Assembly (NCBI GenBank): GCA_965204465.1
Contig: OZ241995.1
Span: forward strand, 933,688 to 997,687
Source of the DNA: Leptospiria bacterium
Lineage (GTDB): Bacteria; Spirochaetota; Leptospiria; Turneriellales; CBDBES01
Direction: 5' to 3'
Length of the DNA: 64,000 nucleotides
Below are positions 9,411 through 19,740 of the stretch, in pieces. The translations under genes were made by a program, and so were the position numbers. The notes under the pieces are model-generated. The model was not told the origin of the DNA. It did no database searches and worked only from the letters and a program-made list of their open reading frames with translations. The first letter of the stretch is position 1, and every line of letters begins with the position of its first letter.

Positions 9411-11653
9411 AGACTCTTTATGATTTTGCCGATTCTTACTTCACCCTATTCACCAATTCATTAGGCTATAAAAAAGTATTTTTAAGAATATTCAATTCTA
9501 AGGAAGATGATATTTTATTTGCCACAGATGATCATTTATCTGCATTTTCCAGCACCATAAATAAGAATCACATATCCGTCTATTCCAAGGTAAAGGATAT
9601 GATATTTCATATTCCCTTAGAACATGAAGGCCATTATATAGGAGAATGTATCATCTCTGTTTCTAAAAATGATGGCAAAGAGTTTCATATAAGAATATTA
9701 GAATCCATGCGAGATGCAATGCTGATGCAAATAGTAAGCATTCATCAAAGAATGAAATTAAAAGAATGCAATGAACAATTAGAGAAAAATCTTAAAAGAC
9801 AGGAAAACAATATTATAAAGATGAATAAAAGCAGATCAAATTTTTTGAGCAGCATTACTCATGATATACGTACTCCTTTGTCTTTGATCACTATGCCTTT
9901 AGAAAAATTAATTCAACAAAATAAAGATTTCAGTATGGATCAGTTTATGACAATCCAAAAAGTGAAATATAATATCTATAAAGTGATCGATATGATCAGC
10001 AATGTATTAGATATTTTTAAGATCGAGTCAGGCCAAATGAAGTCTCAATGGGTGTATCAGGATATTATAAAATTTATCCAGAAAATGGTCGATCTATATC
10101 GGGATATAATGCATTCTTATCAAATTCAATTTAAGTTTACTCTTCGATGCCAAAATATAATGACCTCATTTGATCCCGAAAAAATGGAAAAAATATTTAT
10201 TAATCTTCTTAGCAATGCTATCAAACATACTCCAAAAGAAGGTTCCATTGAATTGCTTATTTTAAAAACAAAATACAATAAGATACAGATCAGATTTAAA
10301 AACTCAGGCAAAGGGCTCACTAAAATAGAAAGGTCCTCTATATTTACGCCTTTTAAACAGATTATGGATGGTAGAGGAATATCCTCTTTAGGATCTGGCT
10401 TGGGTCTTTCCATTTCTAAAGAGTATGTAAAACTTCATGAAGGCTCTATTTGGGTGAATAGCAGGGAAAAATACTGGGCTGAATTTGTAGTGTCTCTACC
10501 CATATTGAATGAAAAAAAAGATCACTATGGATTTGATTCCATGCACCGTGATTTTCATAAAATATTGCAACAAAAAGAATTAAGCCATGCCTTTAAAAAG
10601 ATGAATGAAAAAAATGTTCCAAAGAGTTTGGAGGTATGGTTTATAACAGAAAAACCAGATGTATGGCAGCCGATCATAAAATCTGTTCAATTGGAATACA
10701 TGGTAAGGATATTCAATAGAATTGATCTTTTAGAAAAAATAAAGATCATAGAGACGGTGGCATTGGTATATTGTGTGGATTCTCTTAGTTTAAAATGGCT
10801 CGATATAGTTTCTAAGATAAAATCAAAAATAAGATTTAGATATATTCCTTTTATTATGCTGGCCAATAGATCCACTAAAAATTTAATTTCTTTATTTCTC
10901 TCAAAAGGAGTGGATCATTGCATCATCCAACCATTTCATATTTCTGAATTACTTTTGAACCTGCAGCAATTTGAAAGACAACAAAGGCTTAGGCTAAAAT
11001 TGTTTTCTTTGGGGATGACAGAATTAAGATTAAAGATCATTCTGGGAAAATTCATTAAAAAGGAAGAAGAAAAACAAAAGAAGATATCCTCTCCCTGGAA
11101 ATTAGACTTTTCAAATATATACTCTAATTCTAAAAATATCATTTTAGAAACGTTAAAATTATCGGATCATTCTTTATTGGTTTTGAGCATAGATACAGTA
11201 ACAGAAAATAGTTTATTGCACCATTCTATAAAATTGATCATTAGATTATTCTTACTTCAATGTATTCATTCTACAAAAATAAATACTTCTCAAATATTAA
11301 AAGGCCTAAATAAAGTTCTTTTACAGGATACGGATATTTTTGGATTCATTTCCTCCAGGGCATTATGTCTATACATGGATCATAAAAATAAGAGTTTGCT
11401 CTATTCCAATGCAGGTAATTATCCTGCCATATTGTACTTTGAAAATAATGTGACTTCTTTTATACAAACTGGATATGCTTTAGGAGTATCCAAAGAGTCT
11501 GTATGGCAGCAAAAAGAGATGTTTTTTTCAAAAAATTCTTTGAAAGTATTTATAGCCCACGATACCGATATAACCCCTAAAAAAATGAAACAAAAATTTA
11601 CTTCATTATCCACCTCGGGAGTTCCTTATTTAGTCATTGAATCTTTTTGGTAG
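9392..11653 (+). CDS. Hybrid sensor histidine kinase with C-terminal receiver-like and PP2C/SpoIIE-like domains
   Basis: H-box SSITHDIRTPLSLI; HATPase G-boxes (GSGLGLSISKEY); C-terminal NAGNYPAIL / TGYALGV resemble PP2C NAGHPPPLL / G.PLG motifs. Confidence 0.7.
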   Translation: MFKYNVETLYDFADSYFTLFTNSLGYKKVFLRIFNSKEDDILFATDDHLSAFSSTINKNHISVYSKVKDMIFHIPLEHEGHYIGECIISVSKNDGKEFHIRILESMRDAMLMQIVSIHQRMKLKECNEQLEKNLKRQENNIIKMNKSRSNFLSSITHDIRTPLSLITMPLEKLIQQNKDFSMDQFMTIQKVKYNIYKVIDMISNVLDIFKIESGQMKSQWVYQDIIKFIQKMVDLYRDIMHSYQIQFKFTLRCQNIMTSFDPEKMEKIFINLLSNAIKHTPKEGSIELLILKTKYNKIQIRFKNSGKGLTKIERSSIFTPFKQIMDGRGISSLGSGLGLSISKEYVKLHEGSIWVNSREKYWAEFVVSLPILNEKKDHYGFDSMHRDFHKILQQKELSHAFKKMNEKNVPKSLEVWFITEKPDVWQPIIKSVQLEYMVRIFNRIDLLEKIKIIETVALVYCVDSLSLKWLDIVSKIKSKIRFRYIPFIMLANRSTKNLISLFLSKGVDHCIIQPFHISELLLNLQQFERQQRLRLKLFSLGMTELRLKIILGKFIKKEEEKQKKISSPWKLDFSNIYSNSKNIILETLKLSDHSLLVLSIDTVTENSLLHHSIKLIIRLFLLQCIHSTKINTSQILKGLNKVLLQDTDIFGFISSRALCLYMDHKNKSLLYSNAGNYPAILYFENNVTSFIQTGYALGVSKESVWQQKEMFFSKNSLKVFIAHDTDITPKKMKQKFTSLSTSGVPYLVIESFW

Positions 11654-12002
11654 GTATTATTTTTTCTCATCCTTCAGTCCCGAGGGGAATGAACAAGCAG
11701 TGTAAGATATGCATTCATTTCTCCGCAGTATATATGAAAAGAATATCTTTTTAACACACCAAATAAGAAAACATGGGGACTATATACTTTATTGTACAAG
11801 GTGAATTTTAATCTAAATGAAAGGACTGACCTTTCTTGTCCTATCGGCATACCGTCGGGATGTCATAGGACGTGTTGAGTCTGCTAGCCATTTAAGGAAG
11901 GTCTATCTTATTTATCGGATTTTTTCTCTTTTTTGAGATAGAAATTTTTTTCTCTTTTGTAACGATAATATCTTTTTCTTTTTCAGATATTACTTTTGAA
12001 TA

Positions 12003-12171
12003 TAGACTTCGAATTACTTTTAGGTTTTTTAGATATGTCTAAAAGTGCCTCTATATTATACTTTGTCTTTCTCAATCTTCTGATCCAGAAATAATATGTT
12101 TGTAGAGCATAACCAAATTGGTCAGAAGTTAATTTAACATTGCCCGATTGTAAGGCTCTTATAAAACAGAC
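12003..12171. mobile_element. ~170-bp fragment of the IS3/IS481-type element (homologous to 26097-26257)
   Basis: Direct nucleotide similarity (~90%) to the N-terminal coding region of the transposase at 25340-26347. Confidence 0.7.
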
Positions 12172-12198
12172 ATTACTTATTTTTCTTTAGTTCTTCAG

Positions 12199-12393
12199 GC
12201 ATTTTTAAAGAGCTTACAAGACATCTGGTATTTATCGAACAGGGAAAAAATTGAATCTCTTTTTAGGAATTACTTCAAACCTGTGTATAAGGGAAATGAA
12301 AAATTGCTTGATAATTTATTTGATTATATTATACATACTATTAGTAGGCTTAATATCAGGCTTGTAGTTAAGATTGCTATTAAATCAATTTAA
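12199..12393 (+). pseudogene. Fragment of an Rpn/YhgA-like gene (copy of aa ~170-233 of the gene at 61200-62126)
   Basis: Translates to AFLKSLQDIWYLSNREKIESLFRNYFKPVYKGNEKLLDNLFDYIIHTISRLNIRLVVKIAIKSI*; near-identical to the full gene on the opposite strand. Confidence 0.75.
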
Positions 12394-12422
12394 CATTCCA
12401 AATAACAGGTGTATACATAGTA

Positions 12423-12486
12423 GCCGTTTCACCCTACGGGCACAGGTTTTACATAAAAAAAAGAAAGACCTGTGCCCGTAGGGTGA
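12423..12486. repeat. Palindromic mini-repeat (21-bp perfect inverted repeat TTTCACCCTACGGGCACAGGT ... ACCTGTGCCCGTAGGGTGAAA)
   Basis: Seen directly; the core recurs at 17091-17111, 28449-28475, 62382-62400 and 62830-62852. Confidence 0.8.
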
Positions 12487-12618
12487 AACTATAGTGGAAT
12501 GACATTCTAATTCTGATAATATTACTGGTATCCGTAGGGTGAAAGGAAAATTAAAAATAGGGGTAGCGTTAGTTATACCCAAGCGTAAATTTTTAATCGC
12601 CGACTGATCTGAAGGTCT

Positions 12619-13152
12619 ATGCAAAATATAAAACATTCTCTAAGAAAAACTTATTTTCAATTATTTACTGAATACCATACTAAAACAAGTAAAGAAGATA
12701 GAGAAGCTGATCTGAAAAAAATATCTAAAAATATATCCATCTATCTGCAACAAATTCATTTTGATCTGGATAAAAATAATGTAATGGCCTATGAACCATT
12801 TTCTTCTGAAATACCTGTTTTGGATATATTGAACCAGAATCTATGCCAGAATATTTATGTACCTCAAATACGAGGGATGGGGTTATTTCCAAGGCATATT
12901 CAAATCAAGAAGGTCATTGCCATGCATCAAATAGATCTGATCATTGCTCCTGCTCTCTTTGTAGATAGAAAAGGTTATCGCTTGGGAAGAGGAAAGGGAT
13001 ATTATGATCGATTGATCCGCTTTTTTGATTTTCATAGAATTATTTTTATAGGTTATAGTTGGCAGATTAAAGATAGTTTACCCATACAGGAATTTGACCG
13101 AAGATTGTTTACTCTGATCACTGAACGAGGTTGTAAGAACTGCTATCATTAA
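12619..13152 (+). CDS. 5-formyltetrahydrofolate cyclo-ligase
   Basis: GYRLGRGKGYYDR signature. Confidence 0.75.
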   Translation: MQNIKHSLRKTYFQLFTEYHTKTSKEDREADLKKISKNISIYLQQIHFDLDKNNVMAYEPFSSEIPVLDILNQNLCQNIYVPQIRGMGLFPRHIQIKKVIAMHQIDLIIAPALFVDRKGYRLGRGKGYYDRLIRFFDFHRIIFIGYSWQIKDSLPIQEFDRRLFTLITERGCKNCYH

Positions 13153-13218
13153 AAAATTTCATCCAGAAAAGACATAATTTTTGATATACAATCCGAAAAA
13201 AATATAAAAACAGACTCT

Positions 13219-15027
13219 ATGGACCATGAAGAGATATCTAAAGAAAATATACGTAATTTTTCGATCATCGCTCATATCGACCATGGTAAAAGTACATTGG
13301 CAGACCGCCTCTTAGAAATTGGTCAGGTTAATTCACCACGCTATCAAAAAGAGCAGGTCTTGGATAATATGGATATTGAAAGGGAGAGAGGAATTACCAT
13401 TAAGTCTAATTCTGCCAGTTTTGTTTATAAAGCAAACAATGATCAGAAATATTTATTGAACCTAATTGATACACCAGGGCATATTGATTTTGCTTATGAA
13501 GTATTTCGTTCCTTAGCAGCCTGTGAAGGGGTTCTGCTATTGATAGATGCCACACAGGGAATACAGGCACAGACCATTGCTAATTTCTACCAGGCATTAG
13601 AAACGGATCTGGTTATTCTGCCGGTGATCAATAAGATAGACCTTCCATTTGCGGATGTAAAAAAAACGAAGGAACAAATTAAATCTTCTTTGGGTCTTTC
13701 CCCGGATGATTCTGTGGAAGTATCTGCCAAAGACGGCATTGGAATAGAATTGCTGATCCAAAAGATCATAGAGTATATCCCCCCCCCTAAAATTTCTAAA
13801 GAGGATATATTAAGAGCATTGATCTATGACGCCTATTTTGACCCCTATAGAGGAGTAATTAAAAAAATACGTATTTTTGATGGAAGTATCCAACAATGGG
13901 ATAAAATAAAATTCATACGAAAGAACAAAACAGGTGTCGTCTCAGAAGTAGGCATATCCCAGATCAACCTAATTCCATGCAAAAAACTAAATGCAGGCCA
14001 GGTAGGTTATATAGTCACCGGGATTAAAAATGTATCCGAAGTAATGCTGGGGGATACGATAACACATTCAGAAAAACCAGCCTTAAAGCCTCTTTTTAAA
14101 TATAAAGAGATCAAGCCAATGGTTTTTTCGGGCCTGTTCCCCATTTATGGAGAAGAATATCCTAAATTAAAAGAAGCAATTGAAAAATTAGCATTGAATG
14201 ATGCCGCCCTGGCATTTGAGCCTGAAAGCAGTAACGCTCTTGGATTCGGTTTTAGAGTAGGTTATTTAGGATTATTACATATGGAGATTGTAAGGGAAAG
14301 GCTTGAAAGAGAATTCTCTTTATCTCTTTTGACCACGGCTCCCTCTGTTAAATATAAATTGCATACAAGAACAAATAAGGTAATAGAAATTGATAATCCA
14401 AGCAAATTTCCTGATACGGGTCAAATTGATTTCATAGAAGAACCTTATGTTCGTGCCACTATCATATCCCCTTCAGAATATATAGGGAATATTTTAGAAT
14501 TGCTACAGGAAAAAAGAGGGGAGAATGTTTCCCTGGATTATTTAGACAGTAAGACCATACAAATTGTTTATCTTCTTCCTTTAGGGGAAATGATATTTGA
14601 ATTTTACGATCGGCTTAAAAGCGTTAGCAAGGGATATGCTAGTTTAGATTATGACGTAGATAAATATCGCAGAAGTGATCTGGTAAAACTGGATATTTTA
14701 GTTCATCATGAAAGGGTGGATGCTCTTTCTATGATCGTGCATAGATCCAATGCAGATATACGAGGACGCGATATAATTAAAAGTCTAAAGGGGCTGATCA
14801 ATCGCCACCAATTTCAAATTGCTTTACAGGCAGTCATTGGCAGTAAGGTAGTCGCTAGAGAGAATATAACGGCTCTCCGTAAAAATGTTACGGCTAAATG
14901 CTATGGAGGAGATGTTACCCGCAAGAGAAAGCTTATTGAAAAGCAAAAGGCAGGAAAAAGAAAAATGAAAATGGTAGGTTCTGTTGAAATCCCCCAGGAA
15001 GCTTTCTTGGCAGTTCTTAAAATCTAG
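13219..15027 (+). CDS. lepA: Elongation factor 4 (LepA)
   Basis: [21 protein letters not shown]1 motif, DTPGHIDF, LepA C-terminal domain. Confidence 0.9.
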   Translation: MDHEEISKENIRNFSIIAHIDHGKSTLADRLLEIGQVNSPRYQKEQVLDNMDIERERGITIKSNSASFVYKANNDQKYLLNLIDTPGHIDFAYEVFRSLAACEGVLLLIDATQGIQAQTIANFYQALETDLVILPVINKIDLPFADVKKTKEQIKSSLGLSPDDSVEVSAKDGIGIELLIQKIIEYIPPPKISKEDILRALIYDAYFDPYRGVIKKIRIFDGSIQQWDKIKFIRKNKTGVVSEVGISQINLIPCKKLNAGQVGYIVTGIKNVSEVMLGDTITHSEKPALKPLFKYKEIKPMVFSGLFPIYGEEYPKLKEAIEKLALNDAALAFEPESSNALGFGFRVGYLGLLHMEIVRERLEREFSLSLLTTAPSVKYKLHTRTNKVIEIDNPSKFPDTGQIDFIEEPYVRATIISPSEYIGNILELLQEKRGENVSLDYLDSKTIQIVYLLPLGEMIFEFYDRLKSVSKGYASLDYDVDKYRRSDLVKLDILVHHERVDALSMIVHRSNADIRGRDIIKSLKGLINRHQFQIALQAVIGSKVVARENITALRKNVTAKCYGGDVTRKRKLIEKQKAGKRKMKMVGSVEIPQEAFLAVLKI

Positions 15028-16245
15028 ATGAAAAGTAAACTTTGCATCCAAAAATACGGTGGAACCTCTCTAGAGAATACTGATCTTATCAAAAAGGTTG
15101 CCAATAGAATTAAAAAATACTATAATAAAGGAGATCAGATCGTGGTGGTTGTATCTGCAATGGGAGGAACAACAGATAATTTGATCCACATGGCAAGGAA
15201 TTTGAATATTGCCCCCTCCCCTAGAGAAATGGACATGCTTCTTTCTACCGGAGAACAAATATCCATTTCTCTATTGGCCATGGCGCTTGATCACATAGGT
15301 GTGCCTGCCATAAGTTTTATAGCTTCTCAAATAGATATTTTAACGGACGGAAATTTTAATAATGCCAGAATCATTAAGATAGATACAAAGCGCATTAAAG
15401 AAAATCTAAAAGAAGGAAATGTTTGCATTGTGGCTGGGTTCCAGGGAATTGACCATGAAAAAAATATTACAACCTTAGGAAGAGGAGGATCTGATACATC
15501 AGGAGTTGCATTGGCTGCCGCTTTGGGATCTTATCAATGCGAAATATTTACTGACGTGGATGGAATATTTACCGCTGATCCCAGGTATGTGCCAGAAGCC
15601 AGAAAATTAAATGAGGTCAGTTATGACGAAATGTTAGAGCTATCTTCTTTAGGTGCGGGGATACTTCATTCCAGATCCGTGGAATTTGCTAAAAAATATG
15701 GAGTCACATTGCATGTGCGTTCTAGTTTCAATAACAAAAAAGGCACATTGGTTGTACCAGAGGAAAAAAAAATGGAAAAATTATTAGTTACAGGAGTCAC
15801 CTTAAAACAAGATGAATCCAGAATCTCGGTAAATCATATTCCAGACAAGCCGGGCATTGCCGCAGAATTGTTCAAAGATTTAGCCAGGGATCAGATCATT
15901 GTGGACATGATCGTGCAGTCAACTGGTAGCGATAAAATGAATACCATTTCTTTTACTGTTCCAGAAGAAAGCGCGGATAGATCAGCCACGATCATTAAAA
16001 AATTGCTACAAAAATGGGGAACTGGTTTTGTGAATATAGACGGATCTATCGCGATCGTATCTGCCGTGGGGGTAGGGATGAAGTCTCATGTGGGCGTGGC
16101 TGCCAAGATGTTTGAAGTCTTGGCTGATAATGGAATTAATATAGAAATGATATCTACGAGTGAAATTAAAATATCTTGTGTGATCAATAGAAATAAGAGT
16201 AAAAAGGCCGTTAAGCTAATACACGATACATTTCTGATCCTGTGA
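15028..16245 (+). CDS. lysC: Aspartate kinase
   Basis: KYGGTSL N-terminus, two C-terminal ACT domains. Confidence 0.85.
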   Translation: MKSKLCIQKYGGTSLENTDLIKKVANRIKKYYNKGDQIVVVVSAMGGTTDNLIHMARNLNIAPSPREMDMLLSTGEQISISLLAMALDHIGVPAISFIASQIDILTDGNFNNARIIKIDTKRIKENLKEGNVCIVAGFQGIDHEKNITTLGRGGSDTSGVALAAALGSYQCEIFTDVDGIFTADPRYVPEARKLNEVSYDEMLELSSLGAGILHSRSVEFAKKYGVTLHVRSSFNNKKGTLVVPEEKKMEKLLVTGVTLKQDESRISVNHIPDKPGIAAELFKDLARDQIIVDMIVQSTGSDKMNTISFTVPEESADRSATIIKKLLQKWGTGFVNIDGSIAIVSAVGVGMKSHVGVAAKMFEVLADNGINIEMISTSEIKISCVINRNKSKKAVKLIHDTFLIL

Positions 16246-17042
16246 ATTCTAAAAGCCCCATCGGTATTTTTGACAGTGGTTTAGGAGGCCTTACCGTTGT
16301 TGCTGCCATACGTAATTTACTTCCAGATGAAAATATTATTTATTTTGGGGATACAGCAAGAGTCCCTTACGGGAATAAATCCAAAGAAACAGTAATAAGA
16401 TATTCTACCGAAATTTTAGACTTTCTTTTAAAACAAGAAGTTAAATTCGTAGTGGCCGCATGCAATACAGCCTCTTCTTATGCCATATCCTCTTTAAGGA
16501 AAAAAACAAATGTGCCTATCTTAGGAGTAGTGGAACCAGGTATAAATTCTTTGATCAAACTTTGTGGTAAAAATAAGAAAGCGGCTGTAATTGCAACCAA
16601 GGCAACGATTAAGAGTAAGGCATACGAAAAGATTTTGGCTAGAAAAGATCATACTATATCTTTATATTCTAAATCATGTCCCCTTTTTGTCCCTTTAATT
16701 GAAGAGGGGTTGTTGAACAATAAGATCACTCGAGATATAGTAAAAGAATACCTGAATGAAATACAAGAAAAAAAAATTCAACACATCATACTGGGATGCA
16801 CACATTATCCTTTGTTAAAAGAAATCATACAAGAAATTTATCCTCATTTTTCTTTGATAGATTCTTCTTTAGAAATTGCATCGGTTCTTAAAAATGCTCT
16901 ACAGCGAAAAAAAATACTACGTCAGCAAAATAGTCACAGTAGTTTAAGTCTATATGTCTCTGACATTACAGATAGCCTAAAATACCTTAAAAAATTATTT
17001 TTGGGAGGAACTTCTACTCAAATTAAAAGAGTCATTTTATAG
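16242..17042 (+). CDS. murI: Glutamate racemase
   Basis: [13 protein letters not shown] and GCTHYP motifs; GTG start overlapping lysC stop. Confidence 0.85.
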   Translation: MNSKSPIGIFDSGLGGLTVVAAIRNLLPDENIIYFGDTARVPYGNKSKETVIRYSTEILDFLLKQEVKFVVAACNTASSYAISSLRKKTNVPILGVVEPGINSLIKLCGKNKKAAVIATKATIKSKAYEKILARKDHTISLYSKSCPLFVPLIEEGLLNNKITRDIVKEYLNEIQEKKIQHIILGCTHYPLLKEIIQEIYPHFSLIDSSLEIASVLKNALQRKKILRQQNSHSSLSLYVSDITDSLKYLKKLFLGGTSTQIKRVIL

Positions 17043-17100
17043 AGAAAAATTCATTCTTTCTTTTCTATCCTACGATAAATACGAATATAACAGAAGACCT

Positions 17101-19740
17101 GTGTCCGTAAGGTTAAAAAAAGAAAGATTGTTTACATCTATAAGTGAAAAGAAAAATAGATTTTTACTATTCATGTACAAGAGATTTTTTTTATTATTTA
17201 TTCTGTTTTGTTTTGCTTTTCTGGATAAACTTTCTGCGCAGATCAAAGTATCTGGTACAGTTCTAAGTGAAATAGATAAAAAACCAATTGAATTTGGCAC
17301 TATTGTAGTGTTAGAAGCCAAATTGAAGATCCGTTTTAAAAATGGTATATTTACTTTAGACCTAAAAGAGCCAGGAGTATTTACATTTAAAACTTCAGCT
17401 CCTGGGTTTGCGATAAAGTCCCAAAAAGTAGACGTCCAGGACGACCAGACACTGGTTATTTATCTTTCTCCTACTACGATCCGTACAAGGGGACTTAGAG
17501 TAAGAGACCAAAGAGAGGTGCAAAAACTCTCCAGAAATACATTGAGCCAAAGGGAGTTGAAGGATGTCCCAGCCACTTTTGGAGATTCTCTGAATGCATT
17601 GACAGTTTTGCCAGGTGTGATAAGGCCTCTGGATCTTTTAGGAGTATTGATCATCAGAGGTTCTCGAGAAGATTCTAACAGATATTATATAGATAGCATA
17701 CCTGTATTATACCCACAGCATTTTGGTGGATTGCAATCAGTGATCTCCAATGAATTAATAGATAAAATTGATCTTTATTCTTCTTCCTTTCCAGTTCAAT
17801 TCAGTGAGGCGCTTGGGGCAGTGATCGATATTTCTACAAAGGATACGGTCAAAGATTTTAATGGAAAAGTTATTATTAGTTTTCTTTCATCGGATGTCTA
17901 TTTTGAGGATGTATTTACTTCTATGGAAGAAGAGCCTCTGACTTCATTTCCTCTGAAATTAGATACAATAGATCCTGAATGTAATGATCCAAAGAAAAAG
18001 AAACTAAATCCGCAATGCAAAAAAAATCAATCAAATAAAGAAAACCAGCCAAATAAGGAAAACAAAAATAAAGAAAAAAAAAGAGGATACTGGATCGTTT
18101 CGGGCAGAGTAAGTTATCTGACCTTAACCATTGGCCCAATACTAAGAGCCATTATGGGAGATGATAATGATGATATACAGCTACCTCAATATTATGATTA
18201 TCAATTAAAAGGAAAATACTTTTTAGATGAAAAGGCAAAACATTCCATTAGTTTACTGTTTTTTGGTTTTTATGATACCACTAAATTTATAACCGGAGAA
18301 CCAACCAAAGAAGAGATACAAGAAGCCATCGATGATGGGCAAGATCCTCTAACAGCAAGTTCTTCAAGCCAAATCAGAAATAGTATTCTTTCTAATAATC
18401 TAGGACTTTATTATAAATATGAGCCTTCCCAAAAGATCAATAATCAATTAATATTATTTGCTGGATTCAATAGGAGTACATTCTTTGTAGACATACCAGG
18501 CCTTTCCAGAGAGGGGCTGGAATTAAGGACAATAGATGTCAATATAAGTCCAAATATTTTTGGGATCAAAGACATATCCGAATGGAATTGGCTGGATAAT
18601 ATAGCCCTATTCAGATTGGGATTAGAGATCAATTTCTATTACTTCACTTCTAATGGAATCACCCAGGCAATTACAGATCCGAGTGCAGTATTTTCTGGAA
18701 TGCCAGACCTTGGCGATCAAGATCTATTCAGATCTATCAATATAGATTTTTCTGAAGTAAATACATTCTATTCTGCCTTTTTAGAGAATTCATTCGAGTT
18801 TTACAATTTTAAAATTGTACCAGGAATCCGACTCTCTCTTTTGCAGCTTACCCAACAATTTACTTATGATCCTCGTCTATTATTGTCTTATGAATTTGAC
18901 TGGGAGATGATCATTTCTGGATCCTATGGACTGTATAGTTCTTTTCCACAAATAAACTATTTTCTTTTTAATCAAGTATTTAACCAACAGCCAGATGTGG
19001 CGCGTTCCGTTGATCTAAAACCTGAAAAAGCCAGGCATGCTTCCATTGGGCTTGAACAGAAAATTTTTCTTTTTACAGTAAAAACAGAGTGGTTTTATAA
19101 TATGTTTCTGGATCAGCTCATTCCCACCCCTAGGGGACTAGGAGAAGAGGCCTTTATTAATTCAGCGGATGTCAGGGCGACTGGGTTTGAACTACTGTTT
19201 CGTTTAAATAGATATGAAAAAAATAACTCATTCTATGGATGGGCAAGCTATACATTTACCGATTCTCAAAGAATATTGAATGTAGACACTAATATTGATA
19301 TTTATGGGGATACATATCTACCTTTTGAATTTGAGCAACCTCATTCTTTAAAATTAGCACTTGGTTATATATTAGGAAAGAATAATTTTGGAATACGATT
19401 TGAATTGAGTTCTGGTTTTCCTTATACCCCCATTGTAGACAATGAGCCGCCTCTTAGTTTGAGTAATGGTGTAGACAGATATTCTCCTATATTCGGAGAT
19501 CCTCTTTCGAGTAGATTCCCTCTTAGGCATCGTCTGGACATTCGCTATACCAGAACATCCGTCTTTAGCTGGGGTAGTATAGACTGGTATTTAGAAGTGA
19601 TCAATCTATATTATTACAGGCCCGATTCCACGGAAAATTGGAATTATAACGAGCCCTATCAATCTGGCGTAAATCCTGAACTATCTCCTTCTCCTTTATC
19701 CGTAATCCTTCTTAATTTTGGAGTAGAGATCAAGTTTTAA
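17101..19740 (+). CDS. TonB-dependent outer-membrane receptor (CarbopepD_reg + plug + barrel)
   Basis: Plug motif DVPATFGDSLNALTVLPGV; C-terminal aromatic residue (..VEIKF); likely true start at 17173 (MYKRFF..signal peptide). Confidence 0.7.
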   Translation: MSVRLKKERLFTSISEKKNRFLLFMYKRFFLLFILFCFAFLDKLSAQIKVSGTVLSEIDKKPIEFGTIVVLEAKLKIRFKNGIFTLDLKEPGVFTFKTSAPGFAIKSQKVDVQDDQTLVIYLSPTTIRTRGLRVRDQREVQKLSRNTLSQRELKDVPATFGDSLNALTVLPGVIRPLDLLGVLIIRGSREDSNRYYIDSIPVLYPQHFGGLQSVISNELIDKIDLYSSSFPVQFSEALGAVIDISTKDTVKDFNGKVIISFLSSDVYFEDVFTSMEEEPLTSFPLKLDTIDPECNDPKKKKLNPQCKKNQSNKENQPNKENKNKEKKRGYWIVSGRVSYLTLTIGPILRAIMGDDNDDIQLPQYYDYQLKGKYFLDEKAKHSISLLFFGFYDTTKFITGEPTKEEIQEAIDDGQDPLTASSSSQIRNSILSNNLGLYYKYEPSQKINNQLILFAGFNRSTFFVDIPGLSREGLELRTIDVNISPNIFGIKDISEWNWLDNIALFRLGLEINFYYFTSNGITQAITDPSAVFSGMPDLGDQDLFRSINIDFSEVNTFYSAFLENSFEFYNFKIVPGIRLSLLQLTQQFTYDPRLLLSYEFDWEMIISGSYGLYSSFPQINYFLFNQVFNQQPDVARSVDLKPEKARHASIGLEQKIFLFTVKTEWFYNMFLDQLIPTPRGLGEEAFINSADVRATGFELLFRLNRYEKNNSFYGWASYTFTDSQRILNVDTNIDIYGDTYLPFEFEQPHSLKLALGYILGKNNFGIRFELSSGFPYTPIVDNEPPLSLSNGVDRYSPIFGDPLSSRFPLRHRLDIRYTRTSVFSWGSIDWYLEVINLYYYRPDSTENWNYNEPYQSGVNPELSPSPLSVILLNFGVEIKF

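Noticed and set aside
12385-12636. 83-aa minus-strand ORF
   Set aside because: It lies entirely across the palindromic mini-repeat and the IS and Rpn debris, so it is an artefact of repeat sequence.
17070-17321. 83-aa minus-strand ORF overlapping the TBDR start
   Set aside because: It is antisense to a well-supported gene 5' end and its composition is low-complexity.
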